From NCBI GenBank assembly GCA_963844715.1, contig CAWJPJ010000006.1, positions 576,001-640,000 on the forward strand: a stretch of DNA of 64,000 bases, given 5' to 3'. The position numbers were made by a program, and so were the translations under genes. Within the stretch, counting starts at the first letter, position 1. Each line of letters opens with the position of its first letter. This stretch comes from an uncultured Phycisphaerales bacterium (GTDB lineage: Bacteria; Planctomycetota; Phycisphaerae; Tepidisphaerales; Tepidisphaeraceae). The notes beneath the pieces were generated by a model. That model did no database searches. It was not told the origin of the DNA and worked only from the letters and a program-made list of their open reading frames with translations. Positions 20,886 through 31,966 of the stretch are shown piece by piece.

Positions 20886-22072
20886 GTGATCAAGTCCCCC
20901 GAAAAGGCGGATGCGAAGAAGGACCAAGCTTCGCCCGCAGTGAGCGTCACTTTACGCGAACCCGCGGCCAAAACAGCGCAGCCTTCCCCGGCTGATAAGA
21001 AGGCGGCCGACAAAGTCGCTGAAAAAGCCGCCGAGAAGGCCGAGAAGCACGACGCGGCGCGCGATTCGGCTCTTTCCCGCGCTGTTCAGCAGATTGAAAA
21101 GCAGTTCGGCAAGGGCGCCGTGATGAAGCTCGACGGCGATGTGAAAGCCACCGTCGACGGCATTCCCACCGGATCGCTCAGCCTGGACATCGCCCTGGGC
21201 GGGAATGGCGTGCCGCGCGGCAGAATTCTCGAAATCTTCGGACCCGAATCGAGCGGCAAGACGACCCTCACGCTTCACATCATCGCCAACGCGCAAAAAG
21301 GTGGCGGCGTTGCGGCGTTTATCGACGCCGAGCACGCGCTCGATCCTTCCTGGGCAAAACGCCTTGGCGTTCGCCTCGACGACTTGCTGGTTTCGCAGCC
21401 GGATACGGGGGAGCAGGCGCTGGAAATTTGCGAGCTGCTGGTGCGCTCCAACGCGGTGGACGTGATCGTGATCGACTCCGTCGCCGCTTTGATTCCTCGG
21501 GCCGAAATCGAAGGGGAAATGGGCGACTCGCATATGGGTCTTCAAGCGCGCCTGATGAGCCAGGCGATGCGCAAGCTGACCGGGGCGATTGCCGCAGCCG
21601 GGCCACGGTCGTGTTCATCAATCAGATCCGAGAGAAGATCGGGGTGATGTTTGGGAATCCGGAAACGACGCCGGGCGGGCGGGCGCTGAAGTTCTATTCG
21701 TCGGTGCGCATCGACGTGCGTCGCACAGGGACGATCAAGGAGGGGGAAGTCTCGATTGGTTGCCGGACCCGGGCCCGGGTGGTGAAGAACAAGATCGCGC
21801 CCCCCTTCCGCGATGCCGAATTCGACATCATGTTCGACGGCGGTATCAGCTACGAAGGCGATCTCCTCGATCTGGCTGTTCTGGCCAACGTCGTCGAAAA
21901 GAGCGGCGCGTGGTTCAACTATAAGACCACGCGGCTCGGGCAGGGCCGGGAGACCGCCAAAGGATTCCTCATCGGGAACAAGGACGTGGCCGAGGAGATT
22001 CGCCAGGCGGTTTTGGAATCGAAGGGAATGCTGGCGGGGAAGGCGGCGCCAACGGCTCCGGCGGAGGCTTAG
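20886..22072 (+). CDS. recA: Recombinase RecA with Lys/Ala/Glu-rich N-terminal extension; frameshift near 21595
   Basis: [34 protein letters not shown], then [28 protein letters not shown] in the second frame. Confidence 0.97.
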
Positions 22073-22104
22073 GACGCCGAAACCAGGCATAGTTGCTTAC
22101 CAAC

Positions 22105-22158
22105 GCCACGGGATAGCCTTTCGACCCGCGCAGGGCGGGCTATCCCGTGGCTTTTTTT
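22105..22158 (+). terminator. Intrinsic terminator after recA
   Basis: 14-bp stem GCCACGGGATAGCC/GGCTATCCCGTGGC followed by T7. Confidence 0.75.
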
Positions 22159-22216
22159 CTGTAAACGTGCCTCATTGTTAGAGTTCCCCGCCCATTGCGT
22201 CCGATATTGAAAGTGC

Positions 22217-23729
22217 ATGGTCGGACCGATTTTCCGATATGGTCGGTGGTTCGCGCTTCCGGCGGTGGGGTGGGCGCTGTTCGCGGCCGGGCTGCGGCTA
22301 GCGCATCCGGTTCCGGGGGCGCTTTTGGCGGCCGACGATCCGACCACCCGCCCTACCGACGAAAGCGACTGGCTCGACTCCTCGGACAACATCGATTTAC
22401 CGGATCTTCAGGAGCGGTTTGTTTCGATCGGGAGGAAGGTGGCGCCGGCCGTTGTCGCTGTCTCGGCCGCGGAAACGGCTTCGGACTCGGATGACGTCTG
22501 CCGCTCGGCGGACATGGACGGCCCCAAGCTCCAGGAGATTCTCGGCAAAACGACCCGGACCGTCGGCAGCGGATTTGTCATTGATCCGGACGGGTACATT
22601 CTGACCAACGAGCACGTCATCGAGGACTCGGAGCAATTCTGGGTGACGACGGACGATCATCGCGTGTTTCCGGCCGTCGTGGTCGGGGCCGACCCGCGGG
22701 CGGATTTGGCGGTGCTGAAAATCCCGGCGACGGGTTTGCCGACGGTCCGAATGAATTGCCAGGGATCCCGGCGCGGGCAATGGGCGATTACGCTGGGAAA
22801 TCCCTACGGGCTGGCAACCGAAGGGGAGATGGCGATGTCCATAGGCGTCATCAGCGCGACCGATCGGGCGCTCCCGCATTTGGCTAATCGCGAAAATCGG
22901 CTTTACACGCATCTCATCCAGACAACGGCGCAGATCAATCCAGGAAACAGCGGCGGCCCGCTGTTTAATCTCAATGGCGAAGTCATCGGCGTGAACGCGG
23001 CGGTGATTCTGCCCCAAAAGCAAACCAACGGAATTGGGTTTGCCCTCCCGATTACTCCGCAGCTTGTGGCCGAGGTATCGAATCTTCGTCAGGGGAAGGA
23101 AATCACCTATTCGTACCTCGGCGTGATCGTCAACACGCCCACCATCGGCGAGCAGCATGCCGCTTGGGTTGACCGACATCAGCGGGGCGCGAATCGATTC
23201 CACCGAGCAGGGATCCCCCGCCGCCGCGCCCGGGGGGCTGCTGGCGGGGGACGTGGTGATTCGTCTGGAGAATCGGCCGGTAATCGATGGGGATCAGTTT
23301 GTGCGCGTCGTGGGCGGCTGGCCGATCGGCAAAGAGATTTCGCTTCGGGTACTGCGCGATGGGCGTTCGGTGGATGTCACGGTGACGCCGATCAAGCGGC
23401 CGATTCAGTATTCCGTGTACGAGCAAACCCAACGGCTGCGCTGGCGCGGACTCGTGGTCGGCCCGATTCCGGACAATTGGCTTGGGGCCGGCGCGATTGC
23501 CGCGGCCAGCAAGGACAAGCGCGTGGCGGGACTCCTGGTGATCGCGGTGAATGACGACAGCCCGTTCAAGAACCAGGGCGTAGCCCCGGGGAGCGTCATT
23601 ACGTCCATCGGGGGAAAGCCGGTTTCGAGCATTGTTGAGATGCAGAATATTCTTAACGACCTGCCCCCGGATCAGTGCACGATTCAATTGGCCCCGTCGG
23701 GAACGCCGGTTGTTTCGGGGCAGAGGTAA
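22217..23729 (+). CDS. HtrA/DegP-like serine protease with PDZ domains; frameshift near 23160
   Basis: GSGFVI, ILTNEHV, DLAVLKI, INPGNSGGPL; PDZ domains in ORF 23157..23729. Confidence 0.9.
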
Positions 23730-23789
23730 CGCCACTCCTCTTTCGTATAGTACCAATCTAAGCAATTGCCTTGACTGACCCAATGCCTT

Positions 23790-23870
23790 GACGGCAAAGT
23801 GTACGTGCTCCGCGTGATGACCCATAAGGAATACGACAAGGGCAATCAACGCTGGAAGGACGATTTATGA
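23790..23870 (+). pseudogene. higB: C-terminal remnant of a HigB-type toxin
   Basis: DGKVYVLRVMTHKEYDKGNQRWKDDL*, ending in an ATGA overlap with the antitoxin start. An in-frame stop lies a few codons upstream. Confidence 0.7.
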
Positions 23871-24331
23871 AAACCCGCGATGGCATTCCGACCGCGCTGG
23901 CAGGGCTGCCGAAGTCATATCTTGCGCTGCTCGGCGAGTTTCCCTTGCGGCCGATCAGGAGCGCGTCGGAATATGACCGAGCCGCTCGAATCGTCCATCG
24001 GCTGGCTCTACGCGAGGGAAAGCTCAATGCCGGCGAGGAGGCTTATCTCGAGGTCCTCGAATCCCTGATCGAGCGATATGATGGCAATCACTCTCCGATC
24101 AATTCTGATGACGTCTCGCCTACCGAGGTGCTACGGATGCTGGTGGCGCAGTCCGGCATGAACGTCACGGATTTGGGAAAACTGCTCGGCAGCAAAGGCG
24201 CGGCGTCCGAACTCCTTATCGGGAAACGCAAGGAACCAAGCAAGGCGCAAATTGCCAAACTGTGCGCGCGTTTCAAAGTAGACGCGAGCGCCTTTCTTTT
24301 GCCGGTGAAGCGCCCGGCCCACGCGGCGTGA
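23867..24331 (+). CDS. higA: HigA-type HTH antitoxin
   Basis: LRPIRSASEYD, YLEVLESLIERYD, HTH with ASELLIGKR and LCARFKV. Confidence 0.85.
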   Translation: MKTRDGIPTALAGLPKSYLALLGEFPLRPIRSASEYDRAARIVHRLALREGKLNAGEEAYLEVLESLIERYDGNHSPINSDDVSPTEVLRMLVAQSGMNVTDLGKLLGSKGAASELLIGKRKEPSKAQIAKLCARFKVDASAFLLPVKRPAHAA

Positions 24332-25535
24332 CCGCGGAACCTCCCAATATCCAATCGCATTCCGGTTCCGGTCGCGCCGTGACCGCCGGGTTTTTGGGCT
24401 GGACCCTCGATGCGTTCGATTTCTTTCTCGTGGTGATGACCCTCACCACCATCGGCGCCGAATTTCATAAGTCGGACGCCCAGATGGCGCTGAGCGTCAC
24501 GCTCACGCTCGCGTTTCGGCCGGTCGGGGCCATCATTTTCGGATTGATGGCGGATCGATATGGGCGGCGGGTTCCGCTCATGCTCGATCTCATTTTCTAC
24601 TCAGTCATCGAGGTACTCACGGGCCTGGCCCACAGTTACCGAGCGTTTTTGATTCTTCGGGCGCTCTTCGGCATTGGGATGGGAGGCGAATGGGGCGTGG
24701 GGGCGTCGCTGACGATGGAGAAAGTTCCGCCGCGATTGCGCGGGGTTTTGTCGGGATTGCTTCAGGAAGGGTACGCGGCCGGCTATTTGCTCGCGGCGGT
24801 GGCCTATGGAACGATCTCGCCGCGATTTGGCTGGCACCCGCTGTTTTTCATTGGAGGATTGCCGGCGATTTTGGCGATTTTTATTCGCTTCGGCGTGAGC
24901 GAATCGGACGTGTGGCAGAAGAATCGGCCGGAAAGCTGGAGCGCACTTGGCCGCGACATCCTCGCGCATTGGAAGACCTTTCTCTACATCACGATCCTCA
25001 TGACCATGATGAACCTTTCTTCCCATGGGACGCAGGATTTGTATCCGACATTCCTCCAGCGCGAGCGGCATCTGGACGTTCAATCGCGATCGACCCTTAC
25101 CGCTATTTCCATGATCGGCGCAATTCTCGGCGGTTTTTGCTTCGGGCGGCTGTCCGATTTCTGGGGAAGGCATCAGCCATGATCTGGGCTTTTCTGGGAG
25201 GGATCTGCATGGTCCCGTTATGGATTCTGCCGACGAGATTCGCTCTGCTTGCTGCCGGCGCGCTGGCGTTGCAATTCATGGTGCAAGGCGCGTGGGGAAT
25301 CATCCCTGCGCACATCAATGAGCTCTCGCCCGATTCCATTCGCGGGTTTATGCCGGGATTTGCTTATCAATGTGGGAATCTGCTGGCGAGTTATGTGGTC
25401 GTCTTTGAGGCCGGTCTGGCGCAGAACTGGGGATACACGCGCGCGATGATGATCGCGGCGACAGTCATCTTCTGCGCGGCGATTGTCGTTACCTATCTCG
25501 GACGCGAAAAACACGGCGTGATCTTTGGAGCCTAA
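24328..25535 (+). CDS. MFS transporter, sialate:H+ symporter-like; frameshift near 25170
   Basis: GWTLDAFDFF, ADRYGRR, GIGMGGEWG, HGTQDLYPTFL, RGFMPGFAYQCGN. Confidence 0.88.
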
Positions 25536-26203
25536 GCGATCTGCCCAATCGCCGAGAAATTGACCTGGAAGGAAAGCTGCTCAAGCTGGACCGCCAGATC
25601 GACGGCGTTGAGCGCGATTTCCTTGGGCAAGTTGAGGGACACCGGGGCGAAATTCAATATTCCGCGGATTCCGGATTCGACAAGGGTGTCGGCCACGTCC
25701 TGCGCCACTTCACCCGGCACGGCGAGGATGGCCAGCCGAATCTGGTGCTTTTCGATTGTCGGCTGAAGCTCGGTGAGGGGTTGGATAAGGAAGGTCTGTT
25801 GGTCTCCATCGGGGCCGACGCGCTGCCCGATTTTAGCGGGGTCGGCGTCGAAGACCGCGACGAGCCGAAATCCCTTGGCGTCGAAGCCTCGATACGCCAT
25901 CAAGGCGCGGCCAAGATTTCCCGCCCCGACGAGGAGGACGTTCCAGATTTTGTCGGTGCCGAGAATGTGCCGGACGCGCGCGATAAGTTCCTCGACACGA
26001 TAGCCGATGCCGGGGTGGCCGAACTGGCCGAAGTAGGCAAGGTCCTTCCGAACCTGCGCGTCACTCAGGCCGAGGCTTTCGCCCAATTGGCGGCTGGAGA
26101 TGGTTCTCCGGTCCTTGCGGCGGAAGACTTCAAGCTGGCGGAGATAAAGGCTGAGCCGCCGAACGGCTGGGTTGGGAGCAGGTTCGGGGCGGAATGTATC
26201 CAT
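25532..26203 (-). CDS. rex: Redox-sensing transcriptional repressor Rex
   Basis: RRLSLYLR, QVRKDLAYFGQFG, VGAGNLGRAL, GILNFAP. Confidence 0.95.
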   Translation of the reverse strand: MDTFRPEPAPNPAVRRLSLYLRQLEVFRRKDRRTISSRQLGESLGLSDAQVRKDLAYFGQFGHPGIGYRVEELIARVRHILGTDKIWNVLLVGAGNLGRALMAYRGFDAKGFRLVAVFDADPAKIGQRVGPDGDQQTFLIQPLTELQPTIEKHQIRLAILAVPGEVAQDVADTLVESGIRGILNFAPVSLNLPKEIALNAVDLAVQLEQLSFQVNFSAIGQIA

Positions 26204-26238
26204 GTAAATAATTCTAAGGCCAGACGCTCAACCCCACA

Positions 26239-26433
26239 TTACAAGACGCCTTCATGCGGCCGGTTTTGCGGTCGCGAACCACAAGTCCCGCATTGACGGC
26301 TCGTCTCCTCGCCGGACAAACAAGAGCGGCTCAGCTCTTCTTCATCATCTTCATTGCGGCCGCGCCGCCGAGGAGTAAAACCGTCACGGCGATCATGACG
26401 ATTTGCAAACTCTTCATACTTCGATTTTAACAT
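26239..26433 (-). CDS. Small charged hypothetical protein upstream of rex
   Basis: MLKSKYEEFANRHDRR...EDDEEE; ORF only, no recognised family. Confidence 0.3.
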   Translation of the reverse strand: MLKSKYEEFANRHDRRDGFTPRRRGRNEDDEEELSRSCLSGEETSRQCGTCGSRPQNRPHEGVL

Positions 26434-26496
26434 ACCCGGCAGGTATGCCAAGCAGAACTATGCCCAGCGCCACCCTTTAGATGTGGAGAATCCTCG

Positions 26497-27446
26497 ATGC
26501 CGTCCATTGATATGCCGCTGGAACAGTTGCGGCAATACAAGCCGTCTTTGTATCGCGAGGAGAATTTCCAAATATTCTGGGATCAAACGATTGCCGAGGC
26601 GACCAAGCAGCCGCTGAACGCGGAGTTGATCCCTTATCCCTTTCCGGTGCGGGGAATCGAGTGCTTTGCGGTGCGTTTCGATGGTTTCAAAGGCGGCCGG
26701 CTTGCTGGCTGGTACGTCCGGCCCGAGGGCGCGGGCCGTTCCCGGGAATTTGTCTTTATCACGGGTACAGCGTTCGGGCGGCCCGGCCGCTGGATTTGAT
26801 CCCCTTTGCGACGATGGGATTGTGTGCGCTCAGCATGGATTGCCGGGGACAAAACGGCGAATCGCAGGACACGGCCGCCTATCCGGAAGGTCATTACACG
26901 GGATGGATGACCACCGGCATTCGAGACCCCTGGACGTATTACTACCGGTATGTATACGCGGATGCGGTGCGCGCGGTGGAGATATTGGCGAATCGCCAGG
27001 AAGTTGACGCGAAGCGATTGGCCGTTGGCGGAGCCAGCCAGGGCGGCGGTTTGTCCATCGCGGCGGCGGCGCTGTCGCGCCGGCCGATTTTGGCGCTGCC
27101 CGACATTCCCTTTTTGTGTGATTATCGCCGGGCCGTCATGATCGCGCAGAGCGGGCCGTATCCGGAGATCGCGAATTTTCTGCGCGTCTATCCGCAACTT
27201 TACGAGCAGGCGATTCGAACGCTGGGGTATTTTGATTGCCTGAATTTGGCGCCGTGGATCACCTGCCGGACGGTGATCTCCAACGGGTTGTGCGACGACA
27301 GTTGCCCGCCTAGCACGATCTTCGGCGTGTACAACCACATCACGGCCGAGAAGCAGATGGAAGTTTATCCGTTCCAAAAGCACGAAGTGGCCTATGAGCA
27401 TCAGGAACTGAAGATGCGGATTATCGCCGAAGTCCTGCGGCCATGA
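26497..27446 (+). CDS. Acetylxylan esterase / cephalosporin-C deacetylase (CE7); frameshift near 26740
   Basis: DMPLEQLRQY, FWDQT, YHGY, DCRGQ, GASQGG nucleophile, CPPST, HE. Confidence 0.9.
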
Positions 27447-27468
27447 TTTCGTGATATAGTTTGCCTCA

Positions 27469-28896
27469 ATGGCCGAGGGATTTTTTGAGTTTCACGAGCG
27501 GATTTCCAAATCGCGGGTCGCGGCACGAAATGTTAAGACCGCGCCCCCCAGTGGCGAGCCGCTGACCGTCGCGCAACTGACGGCATTAATCGATAAAGCG
27601 CTGACGGGTGCGTTTCCCGGGACGGTGGCCGTTCGCGGCGAAGTCAGCAACGCGCGACGGCAGACTTCGGGGCATCTCTATTTCACGCTCAAGGATAGCG
27701 CGGCGTGTTTGAACTGCGTCATGTGGCGGGACGCGGCGTCGCGACTGAAATTCACGCTCGAGGACGGCGTCGAGATGATCGCTATCGGGCGCGTGTCGGT
27801 CTACGCGCCGCAGGGGAAGTACCAGCTTCAGGCAACGTCGCTTCAGCCGGTCGGGCGGGGGCTCGAGCTGGCATTCAAGCAACTGCACGCCCGGCTGGCG
27901 ACCGAGGGGCTTTTTGGCGCCGAGCGGAAGAAGGCGATTCCGCGGTATCCAAGTGCGATTGCGCTCGTCACCAGCCGGTCGACCGCGGCGCTTCAGGACA
28001 TGCTGAAAGTGTTGCGCCGTTATCCGTGGATCAACTTGTCGCTATATCACGTGCCGGTTCAGGGGGAAGGGAGCGCGGAAAAGATTGCCGCGGCGCTGGG
28101 TCATTTGAGCCGCCACACACCACGGGCCGATGTGATCCTGCTCGGGCGCGGCGGGGGATCGCTGGAAGACCTGTGGTCATTCAACGAGGAGATCGTCGCC
28201 CGCGCGATCGCGGCGTCGCGGATTCCGATCGTCACGGGCGTCGGTCACGAGATCGACACGACCATCGCGGATTTGACGGCAGATTATCACGCGCACACGC
28301 CCACCGAAGCGGCGCAGATCGTGGTACAGCATTGGAAGCGGGCGGCCGAGGAATTGAATTTCGCAGGGACGCGACTGAACCGCGGGATCAGGCAGATTTA
28401 CCGCGATTCGCGTCAGCGGCTGAAGGACGTCTGGCGGCACGAGTTCTTCCGCCGCCCGACGGATCGGATTCAACAGCTTCGCCAGCTATTGGATGATCGA
28501 CAGCGCGGGCTCATGCTGGCCGCGGGGTCATCGCTGAGGGAAATCGAACGACGCATCACACGACTACATGACCGGCTGCAAACCCATCATCCGCGCCAGC
28601 AACTCGCAGCCCAGAATCAAAGAATTACCTCGGCGCGGCAACGGCTTTCATCGTCGATGGGGATCTATCTTCAAAGCCGCCAGGCGCAGTTAAAATCGCT
28701 CGAGCGGCAGCTCGAAGCGCTTTCGCCGCAGCAGGTGTTGAGCAGAGGCTATTCAATCACCACAATGAAAAAAACCGGGAAAATCGTCCACAGCGTGGCT
28801 GAACTGCGCGAAGGGGAGCGAATATTGACGCGCCTGGCCGACGGCGAAAGCGAGTCGATTGTGCAAGACTCCAGGCAATTGCCGCTCTTTGAATAA
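27469..28896 (+). CDS. xseA: Exodeoxyribonuclease VII large subunit
   Basis: GEVSN...SGHLYFTLKD, RGGGSLEDLWSFNEE, GVGHEID, TPTEAA, VLSRGYS. Confidence 0.95.
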   Translation: MAEGFFEFHERISKSRVAARNVKTAPPSGEPLTVAQLTALIDKALTGAFPGTVAVRGEVSNARRQTSGHLYFTLKDSAACLNCVMWRDAASRLKFTLEDGVEMIAIGRVSVYAPQGKYQLQATSLQPVGRGLELAFKQLHARLATEGLFGAERKKAIPRYPSAIALVTSRSTAALQDMLKVLRRYPWINLSLYHVPVQGEGSAEKIAAALGHLSRHTPRADVILLGRGGGSLEDLWSFNEEIVARAIAASRIPIVTGVGHEIDTTIADLTADYHAHTPTEAAQIVVQHWKRAAEELNFAGTRLNRGIRQIYRDSRQRLKDVWRHEFFRRPTDRIQQLRQLLDDRQRGLMLAAGSSLREIERRITRLHDRLQTHHPRQQLAAQNQRITSARQRLSSSMGIYLQSRQAQLKSLERQLEALSPQQVLSRGYSITTMKKTGKIVHSVAELREGERILTRLADGESESIVQDSRQLPLFE

Positions 28897-29329
28897 TTGT
28901 TTACCGTCGAGCAGCCAAGCACGCGAAAACAAAAATAAACGCCGATCACCCAACCTGAACAATTCCCGCGTAACCGGCCCACTACGCCTGCATGATTCCT
29001 CCGTCCGCAACCAGGTCATCTATAGCGACTCAGTTGCAATCACAGGTGCCGTACTCTTTGTCAGCTTCTTAGTCAGTACCGCCCCATCATGTACTCCTTT
29101 TCAAATCCCGGGCCGGCCAGTAGGTTCGGCTTCTAATTTGCGTTTCGATATTTGTTTTTACCGCCTCTTTCTGCTTCACATAATCCTAGGGGTCAATCTC
29201 CTCGACGAACAGAAAATCCGCCACAACCAGGAAAGAATCGCAAGATTTGTCCTAGACTTACAAGGCTTGTCGAGGGAATCATGAACAGATTCGAACGTAT
29301 CGATTCACCTCAGACCCAAGGAGATCAAT

Positions 29330-29719
29330 ATGAACACAATAACTTTTACAAAAACCCAACCACCCGAATGGCTTTTAGCTTTTTGGAAGGAAATTGATGA
29401 CAAGACTTTCGGTAAAGGTTTTGACTGCTTTACGAAAGATGCCATCTGCAACCTTGGCGTTGCGGATTGGCACGGACGCGAGGCCATTCGCGAGAATCTT
29501 CGCGCGTTCATCGACACCGGCTTCACTGCCCATCACGATGTGGAAGACTATTGGGATGGTGGGTCCCTTAAAGTCTTTCGCGGTATCGTCACAATGACGC
29601 CCGACGACAAGACCAAGCCGGTTGTGCGGCCGGTCATGACCCATTTTTTCTACATGGATAAAGCGGATCCTTCCAAGGTCAGCCACTGGTACGGAGCCGT
29701 TGGCCCCACGGCGTTTTAG
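29330..29719 (+). CDS. NTF2/SnoaL-like small protein
   Basis: AAGGAG RBS; CFTKDA...GREAIRE motif typical of the SnoaL fold; lower GC than flanks. Confidence 0.7.
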   Translation: MNTITFTKTQPPEWLLAFWKEIDDKTFGKGFDCFTKDAICNLGVADWHGREAIRENLRAFIDTGFTAHHDVEDYWDGGSLKVFRGIVTMTPDDKTKPVVRPVMTHFFYMDKADPSKVSHWYGAVGPTAF

Positions 29720-29890
29720 GCCCTTCGGCCCCCGACCCGGGCTATTCAGCCTCAAACCTGGAGTCTCCCGGCGGCGCGTTCGAGGCCGGCCAAAACTGAC
29801 GCCATCCGTCGTTTCCCCCATTCCCGGGAAAGGCCAACCCCATTTCAACATCACGATCGAAGTCCACCCGCCGTGCCGGGCATCTCGCCG

Positions 29891-30745
29891 TCAGCCTCCC
29901 TCCGCCGGCGCGGGAACAAACCTCCAATCCTCCCAATCGCAGATCTCCCCATACCCGATGTCGCAATATAATTTCATCGTCGTCGGGTTCTCGGCGTCCA
30001 CGAACAGAAAGACAAATCTCTTGCCCTCATCCAGCATCTTCTGGCTCAGCGCCGCGACGCACGCCCGCGCATAGCCTCGTTTGCGAAACTCGGGGGGCGT
30101 ATAAACCAGATTGACACGAATTCCGTTCGGCGTCGGCCCGGCCAGCGCCGCCATCGACACCGGCTCGGGATCGCACCAGACAAACAAACGCTTTCTTTCG
30201 ATGCGCTGCCGAACGTGGTCTTCGACATCGGCGATCTCCATCCCCAACTCCCTCCCGAATTGCTCCACCCAAGGCGTGACGATATGCGAACCTTCCACGC
30301 CCACCAGACGAAGTTCGCCGCTCACGGATTGCCCCGCGCGCACCCGCTCGGTCCTCATGATCTTCATCTTCAGCCGCGCCTCCGTCGCTAATCCGTGCAA
30401 GCGCCCCCACTCATCGGCAAAATGGCACACCATCGGCCGAGGCCCGCAAACCGTCGGCAACTCGATATTCTCGCCGCGCAGAACGATCACCATCTCGCTC
30501 AGCGCGTCCGCCGCCATCCGCGAGATGACCAACCCCTCGCCCGTGCTAACGCCCGTCCCCGCAACCCGCCCCGATTCGTCCTCCACGGCGACCATGAGCA
30601 ACTTCCCGAGGTCCGGCTTGCGAATCCCCTTCACCACATCCGATAGATATCCAACCGCCCAATTGTTGACGGTCTCATCCTCCAAAAGAAACGGCATCAC
30701 CCGCCCAGAAAACTCCGCCGGATCGTGATAACGCTTCACTTGCAT
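29891..30745 (-). CDS. GNAT acetyltransferase
   Basis: VYTPPEFRKRGYA, LFVDAENPTTMKLYCDIGY. Confidence 0.88.
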   Translation of the reverse strand: MQVKRYHDPAEFSGRVMPFLLEDETVNNWAVGYLSDVVKGIRKPDLGKLLMVAVEDESGRVAGTGVSTGEGLVISRMAADALSEMVIVLRGENIELPTVCGPRPMVCHFADEWGRLHGLATEARLKMKIMRTERVRAGQSVSGELRLVGVEGSHIVTPWVEQFGRELGMEIADVEDHVRQRIERKRLFVWCDPEPVSMAALAGPTPNGIRVNLVYTPPEFRKRGYARACVAALSQKMLDEGKRFVFLFVDAENPTTMKLYCDIGYGEICDWEDWRFVPAPAEGG

Positions 30746-30762
30746 TGAGACACCCGCAAATT

Positions 30763-30800
30763 GAATTTATCCGCGCCCATCCGCGAAATCCGCGGTTAAA
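30763..30800. repeat. Single arm of the nonamer-periodic palindrome family
   Basis: TATCCGCGCCCATCCGCGAAATCCGCGGTT, matching the arms at 45971 and 59523. Confidence 0.8.
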
Positions 30801-30822
30801 CCCATTTCATACCCCAAAATGA

Positions 30823-31953
30823 TCATCCACCCCATCCACATTCGGCAAATTCTGCAGCCCCGCGCGCCCGCTTCATCCCCGGCGCTCGCTGCCAATTATC
30901 AATCGGCTCCCCCTCCGCCACGATCGGCGGAAGCGTAAACAAAAATCGCTTCGCCAACCCGTTCACGAACGGCTCGTACATCGCCCGAAGCTCGCACAAC
31001 TTCGCCGCCGACTCCGCATCGTCGTGCAATTGCAACCCCGCTTTTTGCAGCATCGCGTGAAGCCGAATTCGCTTCTCGGCCGGCAAACGATCCGGCTCCG
31101 GCTGCACCAGCCCCGTATGGAATATCAGAGCCAGATCGACCACCGCGTGCCGAGCCATCGCAAAGGCAAGCTGCGCCCGATACGGATTGAAGTCCTTCAC
31201 CTCCGACATCACGATCGCGCACGTGTCGAGCATGAACGTCACCGTCGCCACCCACGATTGATTGTCATGCTGAGACCGAAAATAGCTCAAAACCGGAAAC
31301 GAAAGATGCCCCTCCAAAACCTCCGCGGACCATTGCTCCCACTCCGCAAGCATTTCGTTCAGCTGATTCATGTTTCCCCCGCGCGCCAAACGAACCAGCA
31401 ACTGAGCCGCCGTCGGCGGCGACCCCGCGCGGGCATCGAGCAGCGAGATCGTCGTCTCGCGCCTCGAGAAAGTCTGCGAAATCCCCGGAAGATAACTGAT
31501 GATGACCGCTAGAAACGCGAACCCCAATCCCGATTCCATCACCGCCAGCACCCGCCCGAAATGCCCCAGCGGCGTCACGTCCCCGTAACCAAGCGTGAAG
31601 AACGTCGTCCCGCTCATGTAAAGATAAGTGAAGAAACCCGTCTGCGGCGTGATCGTCGAAATGTGCTCCGAAACGCCCCAGCAAATCAGCGCGAAACCAA
31701 AAATGAGGCCCATCACCCAGGCGACAAATAGCGCCAGCAGCGAAAACGGCCCAAAGAAAGCCAGCAGCGCTCGCGCCGTTTCCCCGGCGGCAAATATTGG
31801 CTCAAGCGCGACCAGAACGCCCAGTTCGACCGATAAAAATCGCGCGAATCGCAGGCGATGGGTCACCCGCCGAGGTTGGAGGATCGTTTCAAAAGCGTCG
31901 AGCAGAACGATGCAGATTGCACCGACGCCCACGATTGCCGCAAGAATCCTCAC
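30823..31953 (-). CDS. Potassium channel family protein
   Basis: YMSGTTFFTLGYGDVTP selectivity filter, two TM pore helices, SYFRSQHDNQSW. Confidence 0.85.
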   Translation of the reverse strand: MRILAAIVGVGAICIVLLDAFETILQPRRVTHRLRFARFLSVELGVLVALEPIFAAGETARALLAFFGPFSLLALFVAWVMGLIFGFALICWGVSEHISTITPQTGFFTYLYMSGTTFFTLGYGDVTPLGHFGRVLAVMESGLGFAFLAVIISYLPGISQTFSRRETTISLLDARAGSPPTAAQLLVRLARGGNMNQLNEMLAEWEQWSAEVLEGHLSFPVLSYFRSQHDNQSWVATVTFMLDTCAIVMSEVKDFNPYRAQLAFAMARHAVVDLALIFHTGLVQPEPDRLPAEKRIRLHAMLQKAGLQLHDDAESAAKLCELRAMYEPFVNGLAKRFLFTLPPIVAEGEPIDNWQRAPGMKRARGAAEFAECGWGG

Positions 31954-31966
31954 TCAGGGTTCTCCG

